A stretch of 63,126 nucleotides of DNA from an uncultured Muribaculaceae bacterium (GTDB lineage Bacteria > Bacillota_I > Bacilli_A > RF39 > UBA660), in contig CAZTRF010000001.1 of NCBI GenBank assembly GCA_964616495.1, forward strand, positions 3,759 to 66,884, read 5' to 3'. Position numbers and translations under genes: made by a program. This document shows, in pieces, positions 1 through 12,470 of the stretch; position 1 is the stretch's first letter; every line of letters starts with the position of its first letter. The notes below the pieces were generated by a model that saw only the letters and a list, made by a program, of their open reading frames with translations, was not told the origin of the DNA and did not search any database.

Positions 1-192
1 TATTTAAACTCTGCATCTAGTATTATATGTCTTCATAACCATCCTTCAGGAGAGGTAGTTCCTAGTCAAAGTGATATTAATCTTACTAAAAGTATTAAAG
101 AAATTGGTGAAATATTATTAATTCCTTTATTAGATCATATGATAATAGGCACTAATAGCTACTATAGTTTCTTGGAAGAAGGGACTTTATGA
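1..192 (+). CDS. radC: RadC/JAMM-family protein, C-terminal fragment (5' end outside window)
   Basis: Frame 1 reads ...SIICLHNHPSGEVVPSQSDINLTKSIKEIGEILLIPLLDHMIIG...EEGTL*. HNHPSG...S.D is the RadC JAMM motif. The TGA stop at 190-192 overlaps the mreC ATG (ATGA). Confidence 0.8.
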   Translation, partial: YLNSASSIICLHNHPSGEVVPSQSDINLTKSIKEIGEILLIPLLDHMIIGTNSYYSFLEEGTL

Positions 193-848
193 GAAAGTTT
201 ATCTATGAAAATGGTTTATTAATTTTAACTTTTTTAATCTTATTAATATTTTCTAATTCTATAGCTAAATTATATCGAAATGTTGATGATGAACCTATCG
301 AAAAATATGTTTTAGAAATCGAAAATCAAACCTTAAGACAAGAATTAAATTATTATTTACAAGATATTAATTCTAAACTTTATACCAATTATGATTATAA
401 AATAAGTAAATTGTTATTTAATAATCCTTACAATCTATTTAATACTGGTACCATATTATTAGGAAGTAAAGATGATATTGTTAAAGATATGGTTGTCTTG
501 TATCAAGATAACCTAATTGGGACTATCGATCGAGTATATTCAAATATTAGTTATATTGAATTATTAAATAACAAAGATTATTTTCCAATCAGAATAAATG
601 ATAATATTGGAAGTATTTGTGATTTTAATAATAAAAATAAAACCTATAAAATATGTAATATCGATAATTATGGTAATATTAAAATAGGGGATATTGTTTA
701 CACCTCTAATTATTCAGCCTATCCTCAAAATATAAAAGTAGGAGTAGTATCAGATATTAAGAAAGAAGATAAAATTGAAAAAGAAGTTTATATGAAAAAC
801 AATTTGGACTATAAAAATATTAATTATGTAGTTGTTATTTTAAGGTAA
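189..848 (+). CDS. mreC: Rod shape-determining protein MreC
   Basis: 219 aa with an N-terminal membrane anchor (LLILTFLILLIFS), a coiled-coil stretch (EIENQTLRQELNYYLQ) and a beta-rich C-terminal part. It lies between radC and mreD as in the Bacillus radC-mreBCD locus. Confidence 0.7.
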   Translation: MRKFIYENGLLILTFLILLIFSNSIAKLYRNVDDEPIEKYVLEIENQTLRQELNYYLQDINSKLYTNYDYKISKLLFNNPYNLFNTGTILLGSKDDIVKDMVVLYQDNLIGTIDRVYSNISYIELLNNKDYFPIRINDNIGSICDFNNKNKTYKICNIDNYGNIKIGDIVYTSNYSAYPQNIKVGVVSDIKKEDKIEKEVYMKNNLDYKNINYVVVILR

Positions 849-850
849 TT

Positions 851-1231
851 ATGATCTTTTTATTTGTTGACCTTTTAATAAACAAACTATGTTATTTTAA
901 TAGTTATTTATTTTTAATACCTTTAATTTATTATAAAAAAAATTTTTTCTATTACTTAATTATTGGCCTTACATTAGACATTTTTATTTGTAATACCTAT
1001 TTAAATACCCTTATTTTGTCTTTATTATATTTAGCAAATAGATACCTCTTAATTAAAGTTCAAAATAAAGAAATTATTTATTTTATTAATTATTTATTTT
1101 ATTTTATATTAATAAGTCTTGTAATAGGCCACTCCCCATCATTATTAGATCTTTTTAATTTAATTACTAATACCATGATTTTTAAAATATGGGATATTTA
1201 TCATCATCAAAGAATAAAATTAATTGGGTGA
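851..1231 (+). CDS. mreD: Rod shape-determining protein MreD (multi-TM)
   Basis: 126 aa, almost entirely hydrophobic helices. It starts 2 nt after the mreC stop. The call is by position and composition. Confidence 0.55.
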   Translation: MIFLFVDLLINKLCYFNSYLFLIPLIYYKKNFFYYLIIGLTLDIFICNTYLNTLILSLLYLANRYLLIKVQNKEIIYFINYLFYFILISLVIGHSPSLLDLFNLITNTMIFKIWDIYHHQRIKLIG

Positions 1232-1235
1232 ATTT

Positions 1236-1838
1236 ATGGATAATTATATTGAAGAAGTAAAAAGAAGAATTAGAAGAAAAGAAACTAAACCAAAAGAAAA
1301 GAAATATGTTAGTGGTTTAATATCAAGGGTACTAGGAAGTATTATTTTTTTATTAGTTTCCTTAATTTTTATTAAGTCATCAGACAAAAACCTATTACTT
1401 TATAAAGAAGAAGTTTTAACAAAATCACTTCCCTTTACTAAGATTAAAACCACTATTGAAAGTTTTTTAGGTAAAGAAGATATTCTTAATAAAATAGTTA
1501 AAGAACCAGAAGTACCAGTTTTTAATGAGAATTTAAGTTATAAAGAAACCTCTATATTTATGAATGGGGTTCGTTTAGAAGTAAATGATAATTATTTAAC
1601 TCCTTTATTAGAAAGTGGAATAGTGGTTTTTATTGGCGAAAAAGAAAATTATGGTAATACGGTTATTGTTCAAGGAATCGATGGAATAGATATCTGGTAT
1701 GGGAATGTTACTAATTTAAATGTTAAGATGTATGAATATGTAGAAAAAGGTAACCTTTTGGGAGAAACAACTAATAATGAACTTTACTTGGTCTTTATGA
1801 AAGATGGAGCCTATTTAAATTACGAAGAACATCTTTAA
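1236..1838 (+). CDS. Degenerate M23/LytM-domain membrane protein (SpoIVFA-like)
   Basis: It has a basic N-terminus, one TM segment (VLGSIIFLLVSLIFI) and a C-terminal LytM-like block: VVFIGEKENYGNTVIVQGIDGIDIWYGNVTNLNVKMYEYVEKGNLLG. The metal-binding His residues are missing. It sits before the M50 protease and rplU, as spoIVFA does in Bacillus. ATG 1236 is preferred over TTG 1224, which lies inside mreD. Confidence 0.5.
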   Translation: MDNYIEEVKRRIRRKETKPKEKKYVSGLISRVLGSIIFLLVSLIFIKSSDKNLLLYKEEVLTKSLPFTKIKTTIESFLGKEDILNKIVKEPEVPVFNENLSYKETSIFMNGVRLEVNDNYLTPLLESGIVVFIGEKENYGNTVIVQGIDGIDIWYGNVTNLNVKMYEYVEKGNLLGETTNNELYLVFMKDGAYLNYEEHL

Positions 1839-1950
1839 GATTTCTTTTCTAACTTTTTTAACCCTTTTAATAGCCTTTTTAGAAGGTTTTATTCTTAATG
1901 CCATAATTATCTTAGGAATAGTTATAATTCATGAACTAGGCCATGTTACA

Positions 1951-2583
1951 ATGGCCCTAATAAGTAAATACCAAATTGAAGAAATTTTAATTCTTCCTTT
2001 TGGAGGAATAACCAAAATAAAAAAAGATCTTAATAGTGATATTAAAAAAGACTTGTTATTAGCAAGCGGAGGAATTATTTTTCAAATAATCTTTTTAACC
2101 ATTTTAATAATTATCTACTTATTAGGTTTTTTAGCTTACAAACCATTTTATTTACTTATCTATTATAATCTAATTATAATTATTTTTAATTTAATACCAA
2201 TCATCCCTTTAGATGGACATTATATTTTAAGATATTTAATAGAACTTTTTTTACCTTACTATAAAGCTTTTTATATAACACTCACTATTTCAATCATTCT
2301 TCTTACTTCATTTGTTATACTAAATATAATTACTGGTTTAAATAATTATCTGATTATTGGTTTTTTAGTTTATAAACTGATTATTGAATTTAAAAACTTT
2401 AAATATCAATTTAATCGTTTTTTATTAGAACGGATTATAAAAGAATTTAATTTTAAAAAAATTAAGATTATTAATGGGATAAACCTCAAAAAGATGTATC
2501 GTAATAAATATCATTTCTTTTTAGATAAAGGAAAAGTGATAAGTGAAAAGAATGTTTTATATAAATTAAAAGGCAATGATTAA
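1951..2583 (+). CDS. M50 site-2 metalloprotease (SpoIVFB-like); true start probably upstream (ATT 1819?)
   Basis: The NxxPxxxLDG motif is present (FNLIPIIPLDGHYIL). The HExxH motif (IIHELGHV, nt 1927-1947) is in the same frame but upstream of the first ATG. That frame is open from 1819 with no ATG/GTG/TTG. Confidence 0.6.
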   Translation: MALISKYQIEEILILPFGGITKIKKDLNSDIKKDLLLASGGIIFQIIFLTILIIIYLLGFLAYKPFYLLIYYNLIIIIFNLIPIIPLDGHYILRYLIELFLPYYKAFYITLTISIILLTSFVILNIITGLNNYLIIGFLVYKLIIEFKNFKYQFNRFLLERIIKEFNFKKIKIINGINLKKMYRNKYHFFLDKGKVISEKNVLYKLKGND

Positions 2584-2612
2584 GAAACTTGCCAAATTTA
2601 TAGTAAAAACAT

Positions 2613-2641
2613 TTGACAAAGCTCCTATTTACTGGTAGAAT
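2613..2641 (+). promoter_or_regulatory. Sigma-A type promoter for the rplU-prp-rpmA operon
   Basis: TTGACA (2613-2618), 17-nt spacer, extended -10 TGgTAGAAT (2633-2641). Confidence 0.65.
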
Positions 2642-2647
2642 TATCAT

Positions 2648-2743
2648 GTTTTAAGGGCTTTCTTTAAAACCGCACTAAAAAGGTTTAAGCGATTATATCC
2701 ACCTTAAAGGCGTGTCTTACAAATATTAGAAGTGGAGGGAAAT
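2648..2743 (+). ncRNA. Probable L21 ribosomal-protein leader (autoregulatory 5' UTR)
   Basis: A roughly 95-nt untranslated leader lies between the strong promoter and the rplU RBS (GGAGGG). Firmicute rplU operons are known to carry a structured L21 leader. The structure was not verified here. Confidence 0.4.
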
Positions 2744-3046
2744 ATGAAAGCTATATTCGTTACTGGTGGTAAACAATATTTAGTTAGTGAAGGCGATACT
2801 ATCTATGTTGAAAAACTAGAGGGTGAAGCTGGAGCTAGTGTATCATTTGATGAAGTATTGTTTGTTGATGGAGTATCTGGAACACCTACTGTTAAAGGTG
2901 CAAAAGTTACTTGTGAAATAGTAAAACAAGGTAAACAAAAGAAAATTTTAGTGTTTAAATATAAACCTAAAAAGAAATATCGTTTAACTCAAGGTCATAG
3001 ACAACCATATACAAAGTTAGTTGTTAAAAAAATAGAAGTTAAATAA
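2744..3046 (+). CDS. rplU: 50S ribosomal protein L21
   Basis: The protein reads [25 protein letters not shown]...[22 protein letters not shown] 2744 follows a GGAGGG RBS; the GTG 2732 start in the ORF track overlaps that RBS. Confidence 0.95.
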   Translation: MKAIFVTGGKQYLVSEGDTIYVEKLEGEAGASVSFDEVLFVDGVSGTPTVKGAKVTCEIVKQGKQKKILVFKYKPKKKYRLTQGHRQPYTKLVVKKIEVK

Positions 3047-3048
3047 TA

Positions 3049-3354
3049 ATGATTAAAATAATGGTAAAAGAAACTGATAATATTTTATCAGTGACTATTA
3101 AAGGACATGCTAATTATAGTAAAATTGGGACGGACATTGTCTGTGCTGGAGTAAGTAGCATTGTTACTACCACAATTAATGGTATTTTAAGTATTGATGA
3201 TAAATCGATTATTTATGAAAATAAAGAAGGTTTTGTTTCAATAGAAAATGTTAAACAGGATAAAATAACTAATGAATTATTAAATAATATGGTAAATATG
3301 TTTAGTGATTTAGAAAGTAAATATCCAAAAAATATACAAATGAAAAGAGGATAA
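3049..3354 (+). CDS. prp: Ribosomal-processing cysteine protease Prp (YsxB family)
   Basis: It lies between rplU and rpmA and carries the motif [20 protein letters not shown] (catalytic His/Cys pair). Confidence 0.85.
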   Translation: MIKIMVKETDNILSVTIKGHANYSKIGTDIVCAGVSSIVTTTINGILSIDDKSIIYENKEGFVSIENVKQDKITNELLNNMVNMFSDLESKYPKNIQMKRG

Positions 3355-3356
3355 TT

Positions 3357-3644
3357 ATGAAATTTTTAGAATTAAATCTTCAATTATTTGCTCACGTTAA
3401 ATCTCAAGGTTCTACACAAAATGGTAGAGATTCTGCTGGTCGTAGATTAGGAGCTAAAGCAGCTGATGGACAAACCATTAAAGCTGGTTCTATTATATAT
3501 AGACAAAGAGGGACCAAGATTTATCCAGGAAATAATGTAGGAATGGGTAAAGATCATACTTTATTTGCTTTAGTAGAAGGCGTAGTAAAATTTGAAAGAT
3601 TAGGAAGAGATAAGAAAAAAGTAAGTGTTTATCCTACAAAATAA
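3357..3644 (+). CDS. rpmA: 50S ribosomal protein L27 with N-terminal Prp-cleaved extension
   Basis: The N-terminus [26 protein letters not shown] carries the LQLFA propeptide cleavage motif. The core reads GRRLGAK...[24 protein letters not shown]. Confidence 0.95.
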   Translation: MKFLELNLQLFAHVKSQGSTQNGRDSAGRRLGAKAADGQTIKAGSIIYRQRGTKIYPGNNVGMGKDHTLFALVEGVVKFERLGRDKKKVSVYPTK

Positions 3645-3656
3645 ACACTTTTTTTA
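3624..3656 (+). terminator. Rho-independent terminator after rpmA
   Basis: The stem AGTGTTTAT/ATAAACACT has an 8-nt loop and is followed by T7. The left arm lies in the last rpmA codons. Confidence 0.7.
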
Positions 3657-3676
3657 TTACTTAAAAAGATCTTGAG

Positions 3677-6518
<2,842 letters not shown>

Positions 6519-6519
<1 letters not shown>

Positions 6520-7265
6520 TGTTTGAAAAAATTAAATCATCAAAAAAATATGGGCTTTTATGTGAAGATATAATAAGACGGATAATATCAGAAGAAGTTG
6601 TAAAATATAAAAAAATTAAAGATGCAGAGAACAGTGTTAAAACAAAACTTCATATATCATATGGTGCATTCTTTAAAGCTAAATGCCATGAAACAGCCCT
6701 AAGAATGTATGAAGAAGGTAGAAATTTGGAAGATATATTAAGATTACATGTTTCTACTGAAGAGCGTCTTCCTTTTTTAAAAGAATTTTATGATTATATT
6801 TTTACACTAGCAAAAGGTGATAGTATTATAGATTTGGGATGTGGCTTTAATCCTCTAACTTATCATTATCAAGGGGATATTTCAAAGTACTATGCTTATG
6901 ATTTAGATTTTAGAACCAAAAATTTAATAAATGCATATTTTGAAGCTGAAAAAATAGATGGAAAAGCTGAAGTCGTAGATTTATTATCTAAAGTTCCTGA
7001 TGAAAAGGCAGATATAACGTATTTATTTAAACTTCTTCCTCTTTTAGAAGCTCAAAAAAAAGGCCGTGCTGTTGATATACTAAATGCATTACAAACAAAA
7101 TATTGTATAATTACTTATCCCTTAAAATCAATCTCTGGTAAAGAAAAAAATATGGGTGATAGTTATTCAAAACAATTTGAATCAATTATTGCTAGGACTG
7201 ATTTAGAAGTTATTGGAGAAAATAAAATTGAAAACGAATTAATTTATGTAACAAAAAGAAAGTAA
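6519..7265 (+). CDS. 16S rRNA (guanine1405-N7)-methyltransferase family protein (ArmA/Rmt/FmrO-like)
   Basis: Blocks match my recollection of ArmA: SSKKYG, TKLH.SYGAF, LRLHVSTEERL, FYDYIF, IIDLGCGFNPLTY (SAM site), YYAYDLD, LFKLLPLLE, ITYPLKSISGKEKNMG and NELIYVT. ATG 6519 overlaps the upstream stop (TAATG). Confidence 0.75.
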
Positions 7266-7268
7266 TTG

Positions 7269-8273
7269 ATGAATATGATAGAATTAAAAAAAATTAAGAT
7301 GTCATATGATAAAAAAGTTATATTAAAAAATATATCTTTTAATATAAACAAAGGAGAATTTGTTGTTGTTTTAGGTCCAAATGGTAGTGGTAAATCTACA
7401 ATTTTGAATATTATTAGTGGCATTTTAAAATGTGATTCCGGGAAATTATTATTTGAAAATAAAGACATTACTAAGTATGAACCATATAGAAGAAATATTT
7501 CTATGATTTTTCAGAACTATGCCTTATATCCTCAAATGACAGTCTATGATAATTTAGCTTTTAGTTTAAAGTGTCACAAAGTTGACAAAAATTCTATTAA
7601 CGAAAAAGTAAAAAATATCAGTAATAAATTAAGTTTAAATGATAAATTAGAAAAATATCCTAATGAATTGTCGGGAGGTGAACAACAAAGGGTTGCAATT
7701 GCAAGGGCTTTAGTAAAAAACTCGAATATTTGTTTAATGGATGAACCATTGGCTAATTTAGATTCTCATTATCGCCAAGAAATGATAAAAGTAATACTGA
7801 GTAATTTTAAAGATGAAAATCATAGTATTGTTTATGTGACGCACAATCAAACTGAAGCAATGATATTGGCAGATAAAATAATTGTTTTAAATGAAGGAAA
7901 AGTAGAACAGATAGGAAATTATGAAGAATTGTATAATAATCCAACTAATATGTTTGTAGCCGAATTTATTGGTGATCCTAAAATGAATATTATAGAATTT
8001 AACAATAAGCAAAGCAAATTTTATTTAGGGTTTAGAGCAGAAAAAACAAGTTTTGAATCAATTGATGATAGCATTAAACTTGAAGCAAATTACTTGTCTT
8101 CCATTTTTGCCGGAAAGTATCAGATGATTGATTGCCTTATTAATAATACCGTTTGTCAACTGATAGTCTTTAATAATATAAAAAAAGTTAATAAAAAATT
8201 TAACATATTTATATCCAAAAAAAACTTATATTATTTTGATATAAATACAAAAGAAAGAGTGAGTGAAATATGA
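7269..8273 (+). CDS. Sugar-type ABC transporter ATP-binding protein (MalK/MsmK/UgpC-like)
   Basis: Walker A GPNGSGKST, Q-loop, signature LSGGEQQRVAIARAL, Walker B CLMDEPLANLD, H-loop VYVTHNQ, and a C-terminal regulatory-type domain. Confidence 0.85.
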   Translation: MNMIELKKIKMSYDKKVILKNISFNINKGEFVVVLGPNGSGKSTILNIISGILKCDSGKLLFENKDITKYEPYRRNISMIFQNYALYPQMTVYDNLAFSLKCHKVDKNSINEKVKNISNKLSLNDKLEKYPNELSGGEQQRVAIARALVKNSNICLMDEPLANLDSHYRQEMIKVILSNFKDENHSIVYVTHNQTEAMILADKIIVLNEGKVEQIGNYEELYNNPTNMFVAEFIGDPKMNIIEFNNKQSKFYLGFRAEKTSFESIDDSIKLEANYLSSIFAGKYQMIDCLINNTVCQLIVFNNIKKVNKKFNIFISKKNLYYFDINTKERVSEI

Positions 8274-9493
8274 AAAGAAAAAAAATTATATTTGTTGGAT
8301 TAATAATTGTTATTATTGTAATAATAACAATTGCTATTTTAAATAAAAAGAAAGATCAAATTACGATTGCAACTTGGGATAGTAATTTAGTTGATTCTAT
8401 TAAAAAAAGTTTTATTGAATTTAACAAAAATCACGATTATGAAGTGGTGGTTACATCGTTACCATGGGATGAATATTGGGTAGCTGTTGATAATGCCATT
8501 ACTAATGAAAGTGGTATAGATATTTTTATAATGCATACAGACAAAATAGAAGAGTATGCTAAAAGTGGAAAAATGTTAAAGATGGATGATATTTTAACTA
8601 AAGATGATTTAAAAAATTATGAATCAGATCTTATTAATTTATTTAGTTATCAAGGAAGTATATATGGTATTCCCTTAGATATTTCAAGTATTGGTTTGTT
8701 TTATAATAAAGAAATATTTGATGATAAAAAAGTTTCTTATCCGACAAATGATTGGACTTGGGAAGATTTAGTTGAAACATCTAAATTATTAAATGATGAC
8801 AAAAAAGAGATTAGTGGCTTTTTAGCAGAATGCTGGGGAGAAGATGGTTATTATAATACTATTTTTCAAAATAAAGGATTTATTTATAATGAGAAAACTG
8901 GTAAATGGGGATTTAACGAAAATAGTGCTAGTGGAGGATTAAAATATTATTATGATTTTATTTATAAATATGGAGTGTCTTTGACTCCAGAAGAAATAGG
9001 AGATTTGGATACTAATGATTTATTTACTTCCGGAAAAGTTGCTATGTTCTTTAGAGGAAGTTGGGAATTATATAATTTTAAATTTAATGAAGATATAAGT
9101 GGAAAATTTGGAGTTGTTGAGTTACCAAAAGGTAAAATTGAAGCCAACACTGGAAATGCAACTGTTTTTTCTAGTTATACTGATAATAAAAATATAGAAA
9201 AAGTAAAAGAGGTATTATTAGTATTAAAAAGTGATGAATTATATAAAAATATAGCAAATGATGGTATTAGTATTCCAGCTAATATTAATTATCGAAATTT
9301 ATGGGCAGAACAAGGAAAAGAGTTTGGAGCTGTTAATTTAGTAAATAGTATAAAACATTCTAAATTTATGCCTTCATTTACCGGAAATAAAAAATGGAAA
9401 GATATAGAATCTGAGGAAATATATAAAATATTTATTAACGAAACCAATTTAAAAAATGGTTTGGATAAAATATATGAAGAACTCAAAAAGTAA
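8270..9493 (+). CDS. Extracellular solute-binding protein (family 1, sugar-type), signal-anchored
   Basis: N-terminal KRKK plus a hydrophobic anchor with no lipobox Cys. It is about 400 aa and rich in aromatic and acidic residues, as SBPs are. It sits between the ATPase and permeases. The start overlaps the upstream stop (ATGA). Confidence 0.7.
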   Translation: MKRKKIIFVGLIIVIIVIITIAILNKKKDQITIATWDSNLVDSIKKSFIEFNKNHDYEVVVTSLPWDEYWVAVDNAITNESGIDIFIMHTDKIEEYAKSGKMLKMDDILTKDDLKNYESDLINLFSYQGSIYGIPLDISSIGLFYNKEIFDDKKVSYPTNDWTWEDLVETSKLLNDDKKEISGFLAECWGEDGYYNTIFQNKGFIYNEKTGKWGFNENSASGGLKYYYDFIYKYGVSLTPEEIGDLDTNDLFTSGKVAMFFRGSWELYNFKFNEDISGKFGVVELPKGKIEANTGNATVFSSYTDNKNIEKVKEVLLVLKSDELYKNIANDGISIPANINYRNLWAEQGKEFGAVNLVNSIKHSKFMPSFTGNKKWKDIESEEIYKIFINETNLKNGLDKIYEELKK

Positions 9494-10367
9494 AAAAATT
9501 TTATTTACATTAACGATAATATTAGTATTATTTATAATATTAATATATATATATCCTTTTATAAAAACAGTAGTAAATAGTTTTTATAGCATTAATTTAA
9601 ATAATAGCACATACGTCGGTTTTAGCAATTACATAGAACTATTTAAAAATGAAGCATTTGGAAAAGCAATAGTAAATTCAATACTATTTTCGATAGTTAC
9701 AACAATTACTATTGTTTTTCTAGCATCTTTTTATATGTATTTAATAAATTATAAAATTAAGTCTTTAAAAATAAAAAATTTTTTAATCATTATTATTGTA
9801 ATTCCTTCTATTATATCCATTATTTCTGTTTCTAGTATTTTTGCAAATATGTTTAATTATAAATATGGATTTATCAATAATGTGTTACAATCATTTAATA
9901 TTTCAAAAGTATTTTGGTTAACTAGTAATAAAGTTACTCCATTAGTTATAATAATTATATATATATGGAGAAATGTTGGATATACATTATTAATATTTAT
10001 TACTGCGTATAAAACTATTCCCCAAAATATTATAAAAGCAGCTTTTTTAGAAACAAATAAAAGTATAAAAATATACTTGAAAATAGTCATTCCATATATA
10101 TTTAATTATTTTTTAATTTCAGTAATTATTAACATTATTGATGCAACTAAACAATATGATCTTATTTATATGCTTATTGGGTATAAAAAAGCTCAGTTTA
10201 TTGGATACGAAACAATGCTATCTTCTTTTTATAAATACTTTTATGTTTATAATGACAAAGGTATGTCTTCGGCAGTTATAGTAATAACAACACTAATTAT
10301 TTTATTAATATTATTATTTTGTGTTTTAATTTTAAAAAGGAGAAAAAAATATGAAACTAAAAAATAA
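9456..10367 (+). CDS. ABC transporter permease (MalF/UgpA-like)
   Basis: Six predicted TM helices and an EAA-like loop (KAAFLETNKSIKIYLKIVIPYI). The start is uncertain (ATG 9456 or 9474). Confidence 0.7.
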   Translation: MVWIKYMKNSKSKKILFTLTIILVLFIILIYIYPFIKTVVNSFYSINLNNSTYVGFSNYIELFKNEAFGKAIVNSILFSIVTTITIVFLASFYMYLINYKIKSLKIKNFLIIIIVIPSIISIISVSSIFANMFNYKYGFINNVLQSFNISKVFWLTSNKVTPLVIIIIYIWRNVGYTLLIFITAYKTIPQNIIKAAFLETNKSIKIYLKIVIPYIFNYFLISVIINIIDATKQYDLIYMLIGYKKAQFIGYETMLSSFYKYFYVYNDKGMSSAVIVITTLIILLILLFCVLILKRRKKYETKK

Positions 10368-11151
10368 AATATCACATATTTTTATTTGGATGTTGACCAT
10401 TTTATTTTTTATATTGCCTATTTTTATAACCATTTTAACGACTTTAAAATCAAATACAGAATTTACTATGGTGCCAAGGACAATAATTCCTAATGAAATT
10501 TATTTGGGGAATTTTTTAAATGTTTTTAAAAAAATGCCTTTCTTATCATTATTTGCTAACACTATTTTTTTGTGTCTAGCATCAGGAATTATATCAATAA
10601 CAATTAGTATATTTTTAGGGTATATATTAGCGTACAAAGAGTTTAAGGGAAAAAAATTGCTTGTTTTATTTGTGATTTTAAATTTAATAATTCCTACAGA
10701 AATATATATGTCAACTTGGTTAAAATATATTGGAATAATAGGCCTATATAATAATTTATTAGCTTTATTATTACCATTTTTATTTTCATCTTTTGGAATA
10801 TTATTTATGTGGAAAGTATTTAAAAATATTCCTACTAATATAATTACGATATTAAAATTAGAATGTAAAAATGATTTTGAAATAGTAAGAAGATTTTTAA
10901 TTACCTATATTTTTGAAGATTTAAAAATATTGTTTATATATCTTTCTTTGTTTTGCTGGGAAAGTTTTATGTGGCCAATATTAGTTAATTATTCAACCAA
11001 AAAATTAACTTTGACTTCTGGATTGTCACAATTTATGGGAGCTTATTATATTGATATGCCTTTATTAATAACAGCTACTTTGTTTTCAACTTTGCCATAT
11101 ATTTTTTTATCTATCTTTTTATTTAAAAAAAATAAAAAAGGTGGTAAATAA
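10351..11151 (+). CDS. ABC transporter permease (MalG/UgpE-like, divergent EAA loop)
   Basis: Multi-TM protein with an AGGAG RBS. It overlaps the upstream permease by 17 nt. The call is by position and topology. Confidence 0.65.
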   Translation: MKLKNKISHIFIWMLTILFFILPIFITILTTLKSNTEFTMVPRTIIPNEIYLGNFLNVFKKMPFLSLFANTIFLCLASGIISITISIFLGYILAYKEFKGKKLLVLFVILNLIIPTEIYMSTWLKYIGIIGLYNNLLALLLPFLFSSFGILFMWKVFKNIPTNIITILKLECKNDFEIVRRFLITYIFEDLKILFIYLSLFCWESFMWPILVNYSTKKLTLTSGLSQFMGAYYIDMPLLITATLFSTLPYIFLSIFLFKKNKKGGK

Positions 11152-11152
11152 T

Positions 11153-12469
11153 ATGATTAAAGAAGATTTTAATTTTCATACTCACACGTTTAGATGTGGT
11201 CATGCTTTCGGAAAAGAAGAAGAATATATAAAAGCGGCTATAGATAAAAATATAAGAGTGTTAGGATTTTCAGATCATATGCCATATTATCCATTATTTG
11301 TTAATGATATAGAGCAAAGAATGACATATTTTGATATTCCGGATTATTACTATACTATTAAAAATTTAAAAAAGAAATACTATGAAGATATTACAATATT
11401 ATTTGGTTTTGAAGGAGAATATGATGAATTACAATTAAAGCATTTAATAACATTGGGTAATATAAGCGATTTTATGATTTTGGGTCAGCACTATGTTAGA
11501 GGGGAAAACCCAAATAATAATTATCTATATCCTCAAAAATATGCGGATATTATAATACGGGGAATAAAAAGTGGAATATTTGATATTTTAGGTCATCCAG
11601 ATTATTTTTTGCGTTTTAGAGATTCGATATCTTTTGATACTCTATCGAGCACCAATAAATCGTATTTTGGCTCTAAAAAAAGGTATTTAGAAGCATATAA
11701 TGAAGAAACTAATAAAGCAATTAGAAGAATATTAGAAGTAGCTCAAGAAACAAAAATTCCCATCGAACTTAATTATGGCGCAATATATGACGATGAAAGA
11801 CAAAGCGACGGTTATTGTTACTATCCTCATCCATTCTTTTGGGATATAGCTAAAAATTATAAAATTACCGTTTTTCCAGCAATTGATGCTCATAGTCCAG
11901 ATCAAATTTCTTCATTTTCAATAGAATTTTTTGAAAAAGAATTAAATACCAAACTAACAGAATTATTAACTACATCAGAAGGTTTATCTTTTCAATATTC
12001 ATCTGCATTTTTAGCAAAAACGCAAAAATATTTTCCAGGCATTTATAATGCTGAAACTGTTTATATTATTAATTTAGTAGAAAAAAATAAAGATAAACTT
12101 TCTTTTTCAAATTGGAAAAGGGCCTTAATTACAATTCTACAAAAAGTTTTGTTAGATGAGTATGAAAAATTACAAACCTCAAAAAATAGAATTAAGTTTT
12201 ATTTTTCTAATCAAGCAATTGATTGGAGTACCTATCAACTATATACACCCAAAAAAGCAGAAGAATTAATAAATAGACAAATAGAAGTAGAAGAAAATGC
12301 TTTAGTAGAATTAAATGAATTAATTAATATATGTATTAATATATTAAAATCTACGCCAGAAATAAAAACCAATTCCCTTGAAGAATCATTAAAAATATTT
12401 TATACTCAAATTGATCGTATGTACAATAATTATGGTCGATTAAAACAAATGCTTGTGAAAGGAATTTAA
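11153..12469 (+). CDS. PHP-domain phosphoesterase (HisJ-like histidinol-phosphatase family) with a roughly 170-aa C-terminal helical extension
   Basis: N-terminal FNFHTHTFRCGHA (PHP motif I), then GFSDHMPY, GHPDY and IDAHSP metal-ligand motifs. The C-terminal third is charged and helical and not part of canonical PHP. Confidence 0.6.
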   Translation: MIKEDFNFHTHTFRCGHAFGKEEEYIKAAIDKNIRVLGFSDHMPYYPLFVNDIEQRMTYFDIPDYYYTIKNLKKKYYEDITILFGFEGEYDELQLKHLITLGNISDFMILGQHYVRGENPNNNYLYPQKYADIIIRGIKSGIFDILGHPDYFLRFRDSISFDTLSSTNKSYFGSKKRYLEAYNEETNKAIRRILEVAQETKIPIELNYGAIYDDERQSDGYCYYPHPFFWDIAKNYKITVFPAIDAHSPDQISSFSIEFFEKELNTKLTELLTTSEGLSFQYSSAFLAKTQKYFPGIYNAETVYIINLVEKNKDKLSFSNWKRALITILQKVLLDEYEKLQTSKNRIKFYFSNQAIDWSTYQLYTPKKAEELINRQIEVEENALVELNELINICINILKSTPEIKTNSLEESLKIFYTQIDRMYNNYGRLKQMLVKGI

Positions 12470-12470
12470 T

